The notes under the pieces are model-generated. The model made no database searches. It saw nothing but the letters and a program-made list of their open reading frames with translations, and was not told the DNA's origin. A program made the translations under genes and the position numbers. Positions 8,219-17,270 of a stretch of 24,561 nt of DNA are shown here, piece after piece; within the stretch, counting starts at the first letter, position 1, and the number at the start of each line of letters is the position of its first letter. The stretch is from a virus. Its lineage: Duplodnaviria; Caudoviricetes. The stretch spans positions 1 through 24,561 of the IMG/VR virus record IMGVR_UViG_3300001450_000290. The stretch is one strand, 5' to 3'.

Positions 8219-9087
8219 TGGGATTAAAAAATATGAATAAAAAAAGAGCAATTTTAGTTATTGGGAAAACAGGAACTGGTAAGACAACAAAAGCAAAAAC
8301 ATTTGTAAATGACCCTATTGTTTTCTATGCTAATGACAAAATAGAATTTGATTTAGGTTCGTTTCCGGTGGACAGAGGTATTATCATAGAAGATATACAT
8401 CATAAACCAAATAAAGATGTTATTCTTAATATAGTTAGACAATATCGTGGTCAGGTAGTATTGACTTCGATTAATAAAAAATCAGTTAAATGGATAGTAA
8501 AGATGTGTGATGTCAAATTAGCAGGTTCTAATAAATATCTTGAACAGTCAATTAAGAAACAGGCACCCAACAGCGAGCCTCCCGAAGACATAAAGAAAGG
8601 CGAGTTTGAATTAATTTATCCTTTTATGAAAGATAGAAGAAGAGATAAAATCAAAGATTTGCTTCTCTACAATGAACCTAAAGACTACCTAATACTAAAT
8701 CTATTAGTGCAAGTATTACATCCTACAAGACTAATCTTGATAGATTCTACTGTCAAGAGAAGGTGGCACAAAAAATATTTCTATGAAATGTTAGCCTATT
8801 GTCATGAAGGTGGAGGTGTGGCTGTTTTGTCTAGAGCCAAAGTTAGAACAGATAAAGACGAGGAAGATAAAAGGCTGAAAGATAACTTTCGTATTCTATC
8901 TAGAAAATTAAAAGTCAAAGAGGTTAGAGTCTTTAAGCAATTATGCAAAGATGTAATCTTAAAAGAACATTTCAAGAAGAAACTGTCACATGGTGAAAGC
9001 AGACTTCTTAAATTGGGAGAAAAGAAAAAACCCAAGAAAAAGAAAATAATAAAAATAAAACAAACAAAAATAGAGGAATATATATGA
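8218..9087 (+). CDS. degenerate clamp-loader (RFC) large subunit-like AAA+ ATPase
   Basis: Walker A GKTGTGKT, Walker B IIIED, VVLTSIN, Lys-rich tail ending in PIP-box QTKIEEYI. Confidence 0.7.
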   Translation: MGLKNMNKKRAILVIGKTGTGKTTKAKTFVNDPIVFYANDKIEFDLGSFPVDRGIIIEDIHHKPNKDVILNIVRQYRGQVVLTSINKKSVKWIVKMCDVKLAGSNKYLEQSIKKQAPNSEPPEDIKKGEFELIYPFMKDRRRDKIKDLLLYNEPKDYLILNLLVQVLHPTRLILIDSTVKRRWHKKYFYEMLAYCHEGGGVAVLSRAKVRTDKDEEDKRLKDNFRILSRKLKVKEVRVFKQLCKDVILKEHFKKKLSHGESRLLKLGEKKKPKKKKIIKIKQTKIEEYI

Positions 9088-9287
9088 AGAGTAAACAAAC
9101 AATAGAAAGAATTCAAAATGCTCTAGGAGCAGAAGAACTGACTTCTTTAGAAATAATGACCCGTTTAAAACAGGATAAAAAGGGAGTAGCATTTACTTCA
9201 AGGCAAATTAGTCAACTACTAAGAAAGAGTCTTTTTGTAAAAGTAAAAAGAGGAATATGGAGGAATAAAGATGCCAAAGAAGAATAA
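9084..9287 (+). CDS. small winged-helix DNA-binding protein
   Basis: RI..L..EELTS.EI...TSRQISQLL...IW. Confidence 0.65.
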   Translation: MKSKQTIERIQNALGAEELTSLEIMTRLKQDKKGVAFTSRQISQLLRKSLFVKVKRGIWRNKDAKEE

Positions 9288-9510
9288 ATGGATTCATGAC
9301 AGAATCATCACCCTATTGGACAATGACAAAGAATTGACAACAGGGCAAATAAAAGAAGGTCTTTGGAATGCTAAAACCAAAAGAGGCACTCCGGTAAAGA
9401 AAGGAATGCCTTCAACTAATCAACTACAAATGCTTCTTAAAATTCATTATGAGAAAGCGGGCTTCTGTAACGAAGTTGACCAAACCGTTTGGAGGCTGAA
9501 AGAATGCTAG
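9271..9510 (+). CDS. small winged-helix DNA-binding protein
   Basis: RI..LL..KELTTGQI...STNQLQMLL...AGF...TVW; paralogous to 24168-24398. Confidence 0.65.
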   Translation: MPKKNKWIHDRIITLLDNDKELTTGQIKEGLWNAKTKRGTPVKKGMPSTNQLQMLLKIHYEKAGFCNEVDQTVWRLKEC

Positions 9511-9620
9511 AATTATTAGTAGGAGTAATAACAGTATTGTTTCTTTATTGGTTAGGTGGGGTATTGTTACCCGACTATGAGCCAATACAACAAGAATTAA
9601 TTAAAATAGAGGAGGAATAA
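9504..9620 (+). CDS. 38-aa membrane microprotein (not in ORF track)
   Basis: GGAGG SD, MLELLVGVITVLFLYWLGGVLLPDYEPIQQELIKIEEE*; fills the gap exactly. Confidence 0.65.
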   Translation: MLELLVGVITVLFLYWLGGVLLPDYEPIQQELIKIEEE

Positions 9621-9622
9621 AA

Positions 9623-9838
9623 ATGAAAGCATCGGAAAGAATAAAAGAAATAGAAAATAATTTAAAAGACTACAAAGAATTGTTTGAGGCTCTACAAGAT
9701 ATGGAAATGATTTATGATAATATAGTAGATTGGGTTGATGTTTACAAACCCCATCATATTGATATGGAATTGTCTCAAGCCATTAGAGAAGTAGAAGGCA
9801 AGATACAAGCAATAGAATATAAATTGGAGAGGATATAA
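9623..9838 (+). CDS. hypothetical coiled-coil protein
   Basis: GGAGG SD, heptad pattern. Confidence 0.7.
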   Translation: MKASERIKEIENNLKDYKELFEALQDMEMIYDNIVDWVDVYKPHHIDMELSQAIREVEGKIQAIEYKLERI

Positions 9839-10746
9839 TGTTATGGACAGAAAAATACAGACCAACTAACCTAGCACAAATAATAGGACAAGAACATTTT
9901 GTGATAGATGCTAATTCATGGGTAGAAGAAAACAATATGCCTAATGTTTTGTTATATGGAAGTGCAGGCAACGGTAAAACAGGTGCAGGAATAGTCCTAG
10001 CAAAAGAAATACTGAAAGATAATTTCAAAGAAAACTTCTATGAAGTGAATGCTTCCGATGATAGAAAACTGGAAATGGTTAGAACTACGATTAAAGATGT
10101 AGCACAAAGCGGTACATTAGGAGATGTACCATTTAAAATAATGCTATTAGATGAAATGGATGGTATGACTAATGAAGCGCAGAATGCATTAAAAAGAATA
10201 ATGGAAAGGTATTCTAATAATATTAGATTTGTTATTACTTGTAATAATAGAAACAAGATTGTATTTCCACTACAAAGTAGATGTGCAAACTATCATTTTA
10301 AACCATTATCTAATAATGCAGTAAAAAGAGTATTAAAGTCTATATTGACTAAAGAGAACATTGATAGGTTTTCTGATGAAGAATTAGACTCCTTTATATA
10401 TGCTATGAATGGTGATATGAGAAGGGCGATAACCGAGTTACAGGCCGCTAAATCAAGCGGGGCAACCTTAAAAAAACAAGTTTCGGCATCGTTAGATGAC
10501 TACAAGAAATTAGTATTAAAAATCAAGGATAGTAATTCAACTGCTCTAGGAGACATTCACGAAATGATATATTATGGCCTTTCAATGAAAGAGATATGTC
10601 TAGGATTACACGATGCTGTAATTGATATGAGTGAACTTGACAGTACAATGAAGTTTAGATTCCTTAGAACTATAGGGGAGAGCGAATGGCGTTCCACAAC
10701 TATGACCCCTAAAGTGCTAGCCTCATGGTTAGTAGGAAGTGTTTAG
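9838..10746 (+). CDS. rfcS: replication factor C small subunit
   Basis: LWTEKYRP, GSAGNGKT, EVNASDDR, LLDEMD, AQNALKR, LQSRC, GDMRRAI. Confidence 0.96.
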   Translation: MLWTEKYRPTNLAQIIGQEHFVIDANSWVEENNMPNVLLYGSAGNGKTGAGIVLAKEILKDNFKENFYEVNASDDRKLEMVRTTIKDVAQSGTLGDVPFKIMLLDEMDGMTNEAQNALKRIMERYSNNIRFVITCNNRNKIVFPLQSRCANYHFKPLSNNAVKRVLKSILTKENIDRFSDEELDSFIYAMNGDMRRAITELQAAKSSGATLKKQVSASLDDYKKLVLKIKDSNSTALGDIHEMIYYGLSMKEICLGLHDAVIDMSELDSTMKFRFLRTIGESEWRSTTMTPKVLASWLVGSV

Positions 10747-10783
10747 TTATGGAACAAAAAAATAAACATAGGAGTGAAAAAAT

Positions 10784-12010
10784 ATGAACGAAGACATGAA
10801 GAATGAAATAGCGAAAAGCGCACAGTACATAGGTATGAGCGAGGAAGAAGCAGAAGCAAAATACATAGAGATATGTGAACAAAATGGTATAGAGCCAACA
10901 AACCCTATTGCTAAGGGCGTTTGGCGAAACTTTGTTGCTAATGCTAGAAGAAGCCAAAATGATAACGCAGAAAAAAATGATACAAAAGGGTCAAATGATT
11001 CTTTCTACAAATCTGCATTTGGTTTCTTTGTTTCTTTAGATACACCTAGAGATGCTATGGCTTGGAACAGAATGAAAGCAAAAGAAGAATACCTAAGAGA
11101 TGAAGATGGTGCTTTAGAAAAAGGCATTGTCGCAGTAGCGGTAGAAAATGCATTAGGCAAATATACTGTATCTAGATACCATAAGGGTACATACGGCGAA
11201 AAGGTGATATCGGAATTACCGGAAGGAGCAGTTACTTTAGAAGATGGTAGAATCTATATTCCATTAGACTCTACTGAGTCTTATCTAAGTGGCGATATTA
11301 ATTCTAATTATGGTAGACCCTTACCTGCTGAAGTAATGAGAAGGAATGGAGTATTCTACGGCTCTTTGGGCGTAGGGGAAATGAAACCTTATTATTTCTC
11401 TTACAAGGGTAAAGGCGGTGTAGGTTTTTCCCCTAATACCTTTGAATGGGTGCATTTCCTTTGTGTTGCTAATGACAACGGAACTGATATATATGGTGCT
11501 AAGGAATTAACACTTAATAGTTTAAGTTTAAACAGTGAAATGAATCCGGAAGATGACCTTCACCGTGATATGTCAGCATTTAGTTTTGAAGAATGTCTAA
11601 AGAATGATTTCAAATCTCATTTGATACCTTTGGTAGATACTGACAAGGAACATATAGTAAGACAAGGATTACCTCCTAAGGAAAAATTCATCATTACTGA
11701 TGGTACAGTTTGTAACATGAATATGACACCTACCTCTAACGGCAATAGAATCATAAATCTAACTGATTTAGATGCTGAACTAGATTATGAGAGTGGTTCG
11801 GGAACAACAACTTGTTGGATTCCGGAACATCTAAATCTAGACTTTGGTATAGGCTCTAGTGTTATTATTGTAGGCAGAACTAGTCAATCTACAAATGACG
11901 AAGGAATACAACCCGCTACAATAAATGTTTCCGGGCTATATTGTGTCGATAGACAGGGTTCGGTAGTAGAAGTATCTCAACCAGTGGAGTCTAACTTTGA
12001 TTGGTTTTGA
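10784..12010 (+). CDS. RPA/SSB-like OB-fold ssDNA-binding protein
   Basis: RPA-like helical N-terminus; C-terminal OB pattern (GTV...IINLTD...CW...FGIGSSVIIVGR...INVSGLY); acidic-aromatic tail NFDWF; replisome context. Confidence 0.6.
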   Translation: MNEDMKNEIAKSAQYIGMSEEEAEAKYIEICEQNGIEPTNPIAKGVWRNFVANARRSQNDNAEKNDTKGSNDSFYKSAFGFFVSLDTPRDAMAWNRMKAKEEYLRDEDGALEKGIVAVAVENALGKYTVSRYHKGTYGEKVISELPEGAVTLEDGRIYIPLDSTESYLSGDINSNYGRPLPAEVMRRNGVFYGSLGVGEMKPYYFSYKGKGGVGFSPNTFEWVHFLCVANDNGTDIYGAKELTLNSLSLNSEMNPEDDLHRDMSAFSFEECLKNDFKSHLIPLVDTDKEHIVRQGLPPKEKFIITDGTVCNMNMTPTSNGNRIINLTDLDAELDYESGSGTTTCWIPEHLNLDFGIGSSVIIVGRTSQSTNDEGIQPATINVSGLYCVDRQGSVVEVSQPVESNFDWF

Positions 12011-12021
12011 TTAAATTTCCT

Positions 12022-12102
12022 AGGGTGATAAGCCCTTTATTAGCAAGTGTAAGTATGAACTTGCGGAAGCAATTGATACTCGACTAGGTGCGAAGCCTTT
12101 CC
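12022..12102 (+). ncRNA. candidate structured RNA or ssDNA element
   Basis: Hairpins AGGGT-GATAA-GCCCT, GCAAGT-N10-ACTTGC and AGGT-GCGAA-GCCT, outer pair GGAA/TTCC, loop complement AGTAT/ATACT. Confidence 0.45.
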
Positions 12103-12117
12103 TTAAGAGGAATTAAT

Positions 12118-12591
12118 ATGTTAAAAATAGATAAAAATTATATAGAAACAGACAGAGCAATTACAGATATTAATTGTGTAACCCACATTTCATGGGGTCA
12201 TATTGAAGATGGAGTTTATGAAGTAAAAATTCACTTCATAAAAGACCATGACTTAGTTACACAAGATATGTCTAAGAACGACTTAGAAAGATTAAAAGAT
12301 TCTTTTAAAAATAGAAAGGTTGAACCTCCTGTAGAATGGAGAGAAAGTTCAAATGCTAACTTTCAAGTAAAAAACAGAAGAATTAATCTTTCTCTTGAAG
12401 ATGGAATACTAACGAAAGATAGAACTTGGGCAGCAGATTTGGCAGCCATAGAGTTCTTAACTTGGAGACAGGATGAAGAAAGCCTAGATTATATGGTGAA
12501 ACTACATACTGGAAATAAGTTCGTAAAGGTATGGTTAAATGACAAAGAAGAAATAAATGAAATGATAGAAATATGGAAAAGGTATAGGTGA
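12118..12591 (+). CDS. hypothetical protein with an internally duplicated domain
   Basis: GAGG SD; DINCVTHISW...YEVKIHF and DLAAIEFLTW...YMVKLHT repeats. Confidence 0.7.
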   Translation: MLKIDKNYIETDRAITDINCVTHISWGHIEDGVYEVKIHFIKDHDLVTQDMSKNDLERLKDSFKNRKVEPPVEWRESSNANFQVKNRRINLSLEDGILTKDRTWAADLAAIEFLTWRQDEESLDYMVKLHTGNKFVKVWLNDKEEINEMIEIWKRYR

Positions 12592-12596
12592 TATAT

Positions 12597-13415
12597 ATGG
12601 GATTAACAAATAATATAAATAAAGAAATGATAGAAAAAGCAGGAAATAACAGAAGAGTAGAAGCGTTTAGAGACAAACTTAAGTCCCAAACAGAAGTTAG
12701 ACTAAAGAGAAACAGTCGCTTAGTTTGTGGAGTTTGGGGAGAACCTAAAACAGTAAAGAGTGGATTAGCCTTAGACTTCCCCGAAAAACAAGTTTATGTT
12801 TTAGATTGGGATGATGGTTGTGAGCCAACATGGAGACAGAATCATAAATGTGCTGATAGAATTACGCTATGGAATCCGGAAGTAAGAAATGAAAATGGTG
12901 AATTAGACATACAAAAGTCGGAAGCAAATTCCGAAGACTTTGTTTTGTTTGTCAAAGAAAAGATTGAACAGGGAGAAGATGTTCTTTTTGTTTTCGACGG
13001 TGTGGATAAATGGCTAGACTGTTGTACACTTCATGTTACAGGAAGTTCTAAAATTGGTAAGCCACAAAAAATGAAGTTCGAGTGGGGCAAAAGAAACGCC
13101 CCGTTTTATTCTTTATTGGCTATGTGTAAGAATCTAAATTGTGACCAAATTTACATTACTCATGCTAAAGCAGACTACGGTGCCACTGGTGAAGTAATAG
13201 GAACAAAACCCAATTGGCATAATTGGGGAGACTTTTTACACCAAATTATTAGCACTAAAAGAATACTAAAGAAGGGCGATGTAGCATACAAAGCCACTCT
13301 TACTAGTAGTAAAACAAATACTTCCCTAGTGGGAACTACTTGGGAAACTCTAGTAGTTGGTAGTGGTAAAGTAGAATGGAATGGAATAAAAGAATTAAGA
13401 GAGGGAACAATATGA
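12597..13415 (+). CDS. RecA-fold/AAA_24 ATPase (Sak4-like recombinase)
   Basis: Walker A variant GEPKTVKS, VLDWDDG, Walker B FVFDG, YITH; AGGTGA SD. Confidence 0.72.
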   Translation: MGLTNNINKEMIEKAGNNRRVEAFRDKLKSQTEVRLKRNSRLVCGVWGEPKTVKSGLALDFPEKQVYVLDWDDGCEPTWRQNHKCADRITLWNPEVRNENGELDIQKSEANSEDFVLFVKEKIEQGEDVLFVFDGVDKWLDCCTLHVTGSSKIGKPQKMKFEWGKRNAPFYSLLAMCKNLNCDQIYITHAKADYGATGEVIGTKPNWHNWGDFLHQIISTKRILKKGDVAYKATLTSSKTNTSLVGTTWETLVVGSGKVEWNGIKELREGTI

Positions 13416-14203
13416 AATTTACAGTAGATAGTAAAACACTAAAAGAAGCAGTAGAAAGTATCCAAGTTAAGGGTAAATCAACAACTAATAGTGGTTTTGG
13501 GAACACTAGCCTTGGGGATTATGCTAGATTTTCATTAACAGATAACCAACTAGAGATTTGGAATGGTGATACTACTTTTTGTGTCAAGATATCCTTGGCA
13601 GTACGGGGAGAAACTAATGGTGAATGTGTTATTGATGTAACTATGATAATTCCTTACTTGACCTCTTTTGCAGATGATGTAGTTGTCGAGTGCGCTGATT
13701 CTATGACAATTACTAGCAATAGAAAGAAGGCATCAGTTCCTTTGATTGTAAACCATCCTAATCAAGATGCTTTAGATACATTAAAGGGGATGCTAACACA
13801 TATCAATTATCAAGCAAATCCTAATGTTCTTTTTAATTTTGGCAAGTCTAAATTTGAAGTAGGTTTCACCTTGACTCAAGAACAGTTGAATGAAACCTTA
13901 AAGACTTGTGAATTAGTTAAAACTGGCGTGTATAAGTTTGATTTCCATAAAACAAATGAAGAACCATATGCCAATTGTCTAGAAGTATCTTCAAGACAAA
14001 ACGCTTCAAACAAATATGAAGAGATTATTTCTCCTTTGTTTAGATTAGGAGACAGTGGGGCCACATTAGAATTTTCTAGTCCTATTCACAAGTTCTTCAA
14101 AAAAGACCAATTGGTAAACATATACATGAAAGATGAATTCCCATTATTGTTGGTGGCCATAGATAGAATTCTATTGAAGGCACCCTTTGTTAGCGGTGAT
14201 TAG
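13412..14203 (+). CDS. DNA sliding clamp (PCNA-sized)
   Basis: MKFTVDSKTLKEAV start, 263 aa, C-terminal PLLL...ILLKAP; directly upstream of PolB, and RFC is present. Confidence 0.75.
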   Translation: MKFTVDSKTLKEAVESIQVKGKSTTNSGFGNTSLGDYARFSLTDNQLEIWNGDTTFCVKISLAVRGETNGECVIDVTMIIPYLTSFADDVVVECADSMTITSNRKKASVPLIVNHPNQDALDTLKGMLTHINYQANPNVLFNFGKSKFEVGFTLTQEQLNETLKTCELVKTGVYKFDFHKTNEEPYANCLEVSSRQNASNKYEEIISPLFRLGDSGATLEFSSPIHKFFKKDQLVNIYMKDEFPLLLVAIDRILLKAPFVSGD

Positions 14204-15862
14204 ATGATAATAAGTAGAACAAATGTAGGGGACAAGATTTATCTTTCTTGGAGAGAAAATGGGGAGAAGAAACATGAAACTGTTTCCTTTGCTCCTTATT
14301 TTTATGTAGATGAGGATTCTAGAGAACCTACTTCTTACAAGGCTACTAAATATATAACTAGGGACTTTGAATATATCCGTGGTGATTGGGTAAATCTTGA
14401 AGGTAATAAACTAAAGAAAGTAGTAGTAGAATCATCATTTGATATTAGTAGAGCAAAAGGTATGTTCAAAAGAACATATGAAGCAGATGTTCCCTTTCAT
14501 TTTAGGTATGCAGTAGATAATATTGATGATATGCCGGAATATGATTTAAGAAAATGGTATTGGGATATGGAATGGCAACAAGGTGGAGAACATCATGATA
14601 AGATTACTACTATTGTAATGTATGATAATTACGATAAGCAATATTATCAATGGGCTTGGTTTCCCCAAGAGAAGTTTGTTGAGCAAAAACAATACACTTC
14701 ATTTCATTATTTAGTTTTTGATAATGAAAAAGATATGCTTGAAAACTTTATGACTTGTATGGTAGTAAAAGACCCCGATATGCTAATTGCATGGTTTGGA
14801 AACTTTGCAGATATCCCCAAACTATTAGATAGAGCCTGTTCATTAGGATTAAACCCCAACATAATGTCCCCTTATGGCTCAATTAAAGGGGTTAAGAAGG
14901 CCAAGAAAGGACATACTTTTGCTTATGCTGACAAAGGATTCAATCCTATAGAACAACCCATAGGCGGGCGCATAACCCTCAGTTTAGACTTGGCCTTTGA
15001 GCGACAATGGAACGATTCTCAAAGGGGTACGCTTCCTTCTTTAGCACTTGACTATATTGGAGAATTGGCTCTCAATAAAAAGAAATTGGTTTCTAAGAAG
15101 TTTAGCGACACTAATGAATTCTATCGCAGGGGTTGGTTAGAAGATACTGAAACTTATCTTGCATATGCTATAAAAGATGTAAAACTGATTGTAGAGTTGG
15201 ATGAAAAGAACTATTGTAGTGATGCTATTGTTTCTTTACAAAGATTACTAAAAGCACCATTTGATGCTTGTTTCTATGCTTCACATATGGGTTCTATTTA
15301 CTTTATGAGAAATGCTTGGTGGAAAGCACCTACAGGAGAAAGAGTAGAAAAGAGACAAGAGTACCAAGGTGCCATGATTTATGACCCTCTAAGTGAGAAG
15401 ACTAATGGATTACATTTTAATGTCGCTGCTTTTGATTTTGCAGGTCTATATCCTAGTATGATGATTGCTAGAAACATATCATGGGAAACTATTAGCCACG
15501 AACCTACAGATTTTGCAGTTAATATTCTTACTCCTAGAGACTTTAGTGAGGTTTCCCATAAAGAAATGGTTTACTTTAAGACTGATAAAATGGGACTATT
15601 GCCCAAAGCAGTATTAGAACTGAAGGAACTTAGGAATGACTATAAAGCCAAAATGAAAGAGGCAAGAGGGAAGCCAAACGGTGAGTATATGAAATGGCAC
15701 AATAATCAAATGGCTGTTAAGAGACTAATGGCTTCATTTTATGGTATTGTTGCTTTCCAAGGTTTTGGTTGGGCTAATGTTACTCTAGCCGCTAGTATTA
15801 CTGCTAGTGCTAGAGAGGCTATTAGATTGGCAGCGTTTAAGGCTAAGGAGTTGGAAGTTTGA
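14204..15862 (+). CDS. polB: family B DNA polymerase, N-terminal subunit (exonuclease, motifs A and B)
   Basis: FAPYFY, YEADVPF, ExoI WDME, ExoII FADIP, ExoIII YAIKD, YQGA, motif A DFAGLYPS, motif B KRLMASFYG, ITASARE; stops before motif C. Confidence 0.95.
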   Translation: MIISRTNVGDKIYLSWRENGEKKHETVSFAPYFYVDEDSREPTSYKATKYITRDFEYIRGDWVNLEGNKLKKVVVESSFDISRAKGMFKRTYEADVPFHFRYAVDNIDDMPEYDLRKWYWDMEWQQGGEHHDKITTIVMYDNYDKQYYQWAWFPQEKFVEQKQYTSFHYLVFDNEKDMLENFMTCMVVKDPDMLIAWFGNFADIPKLLDRACSLGLNPNIMSPYGSIKGVKKAKKGHTFAYADKGFNPIEQPIGGRITLSLDLAFERQWNDSQRGTLPSLALDYIGELALNKKKLVSKKFSDTNEFYRRGWLEDTETYLAYAIKDVKLIVELDEKNYCSDAIVSLQRLLKAPFDACFYASHMGSIYFMRNAWWKAPTGERVEKRQEYQGAMIYDPLSEKTNGLHFNVAAFDFAGLYPSMMIARNISWETISHEPTDFAVNILTPRDFSEVSHKEMVYFKTDKMGLLPKAVLELKELRNDYKAKMKEARGKPNGEYMKWHNNQMAVKRLMASFYGIVAFQGFGWANVTLAASITASAREAIRLAAFKAKELEV

Positions 15863-16472
15863 TACCGGAACATGAAGATTTGGGAGATTTAGTTACAACT
15901 GAAACAGAATGGTATAGACCCCTTTATTCCCATTGGGAAGAGGAAGACTTAGATAAGTTTCAAGAGGAAAATGGCGTAGCATTCTGTGTTGTTGAACAAG
16001 GTTATCCTTGGACTTGGGGCTTTTCTAAACTTAGACCCCTTCAAAGTTTAATTGAAGAATATGGAAATCCAATCCATAGAGAAGAAAAATGGAATGGTAA
16101 ATATTTAGGTTTGGAGTTTCCTAAAAGCAAATATCTTATAGAATTTTATTCCTATGGTGATAAAGAAGAAGATAAGATAATAGAATCTTTACCTCTTGTT
16201 ATATGTAATGATGGCCGTTGTAATGGTATTATTAATATGGAAGGGGATAGGTGCAATAAAAGAAACCATGAGGGAGGTTTTTGCGCTACTTGTAAGAAAT
16301 ATAATGATAAAGTTAAGGCAGGTAAATTGCGTGAATGTAAATACTGCTCAAGCACTTATCACTCAACAAGAAGTTGTGAACTCAACCCTAAAGTTATTGA
16401 AGTAAATGCCAAAACAGAAGCACTTATCGCTAAGTATAGGTTGGAAGCGGAAGCGAGAAGGGAGTTGGAAGT
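15847..16472 (+). repeat. 12-bp direct repeat GGAGTTGGAAGT at 15847-15858 and 16461-16472
   Basis: Both copies encode ELEV* and flank the 205-aa ORF. Confidence 0.85.
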
Positions 16473-16476
16473 ATGA
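15859..16476 (+). CDS. hypothetical protein with Cys/His-rich C-terminal half
   Basis: TTGA coupling; CNDGRC, RC...FCATC, CKYC..YH...C. Confidence 0.7.
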   Translation: MIPEHEDLGDLVTTETEWYRPLYSHWEEEDLDKFQEENGVAFCVVEQGYPWTWGFSKLRPLQSLIEEYGNPIHREEKWNGKYLGLEFPKSKYLIEFYSYGDKEEDKIIESLPLVICNDGRCNGIINMEGDRCNKRNHEGGFCATCKKYNDKVKAGKLRECKYCSSTYHSTRSCELNPKVIEVNAKTEALIAKYRLEAEARRELEV

Positions 16477-16688
16477 GCGAAAAGAAATATGATAAAGATA
16501 GGGCTATATGGGAAATCTTATGGTTTTTAAAACGGGCTTCCGACCCCGATGAATGTTGGGATTCTATACCATTACATGAATTAATTATGCAATTAAGAAG
16601 TCAAATGGATAAAACTGTTTGTGAAGGAGCATTGGCTATGATTTGGAATGAGTATGGAATGATGTCTTTTAGGGTTGATTTCGATTGA
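16473..16688 (+). CDS. hypothetical protein
   Basis: ATGA coupling, 71 aa. Confidence 0.65.
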   Translation: MSEKKYDKDRAIWEILWFLKRASDPDECWDSIPLHELIMQLRSQMDKTVCEGALAMIWNEYGMMSFRVDFD

Positions 16689-16795
16689 ATAGAATAAAAT
16701 GTATGAAACCATTGGCACATAATCCTCAATTTGAGGGTAAGTTTCATTGTAAAAGATGTGCAGAAAGGTTGAAAGTGGGGAATAGCGATGAATAA
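16685..16795 (+). CDS. 36-aa putative zinc-binding microprotein (not in ORF track)
   Basis: TTGA overlap, MNRIKCMKPLAHNPQFEGKFHCKRCAERLKVGNSDE*. Confidence 0.55.
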   Translation: MNRIKCMKPLAHNPQFEGKFHCKRCAERLKVGNSDE

Positions 16796-16991
16796 CTTTT
16801 TTAAGAAATGGATAAGAGAGACAGTTGGAAATAGAGAAGATATATTTTCATCTAATATGATACTAGAAGAAATAGTATCTAAGCGTGGAACAAGCCAATA
16901 TCTTGGCACTGTATCATCTATTGGATGGTATCTCGCTAGATTAGAAAATGTTGAAAGAATACATGAAAACGAATATAGGGTGATTAAATGA
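16788..16991 (+). CDS. small winged-helix-like protein
   Basis: WIRE...FSSNMI...TVSSIGWYL...VERIHENEYRV. Confidence 0.55.
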   Translation: MNNFFKKWIRETVGNREDIFSSNMILEEIVSKRGTSQYLGTVSSIGWYLARLENVERIHENEYRVIK

Positions 16992-17161
16992 AAACAAAAT
17001 ATGTAACTGTAAAGGTGCAATATGATACGGAAGATACTTGGGAAATTACTCTAGAAGAGGTAAAAGAAATATTTCAAATGATGAATAATTTAAAACGGAA
17101 TGCTGTTATCACAGACATCGAACAAGGAGTAGACAAAAATGATGATGGACAGAACGAATGA
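16988..17161 (+). CDS. hypothetical protein, 57 aa (not in ORF track)
   Basis: GGTGA SD, ATGA coupling, MKTKYVTVKVQYDTEDTWEITLEEVKEIF... Confidence 0.7.
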   Translation: MKTKYVTVKVQYDTEDTWEITLEEVKEIFQMMNNLKRNAVITDIEQGVDKNDDGQNE

Positions 17162-17270
17162 GTTATTAGAAGAATTGCTGGCTATGATAGCAAGAAGTAA
17201 TAAGATATTAATGATGGTAAATATCGTGAACATAGCAACCATTGTAACAATAGTAACGGTGATAGTATGA
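17139..17270 (+). CDS. tail-anchored membrane microprotein (not in ORF track)
   Basis: AGGAG SD, MMMDRTNELLEELLAMIARSNKILMMVNIVNIATIVTIVTVIV*. Confidence 0.65.
   Translation: MMMDRTNELLEELLAMIARSNKILMMVNIVNIATIVTIVTVIV

Noticed and set aside
9020-9070. A-rich low-complexity tract as a repeat or regulatory element
   Set aside because: Explained by the Lys-rich linker before the PIP box
12060-12105. tRNA gene
   Set aside because: Only a T-arm-like hairpin is present; no 7-bp acceptor stem, D arm or anticodon arm, and no TTC
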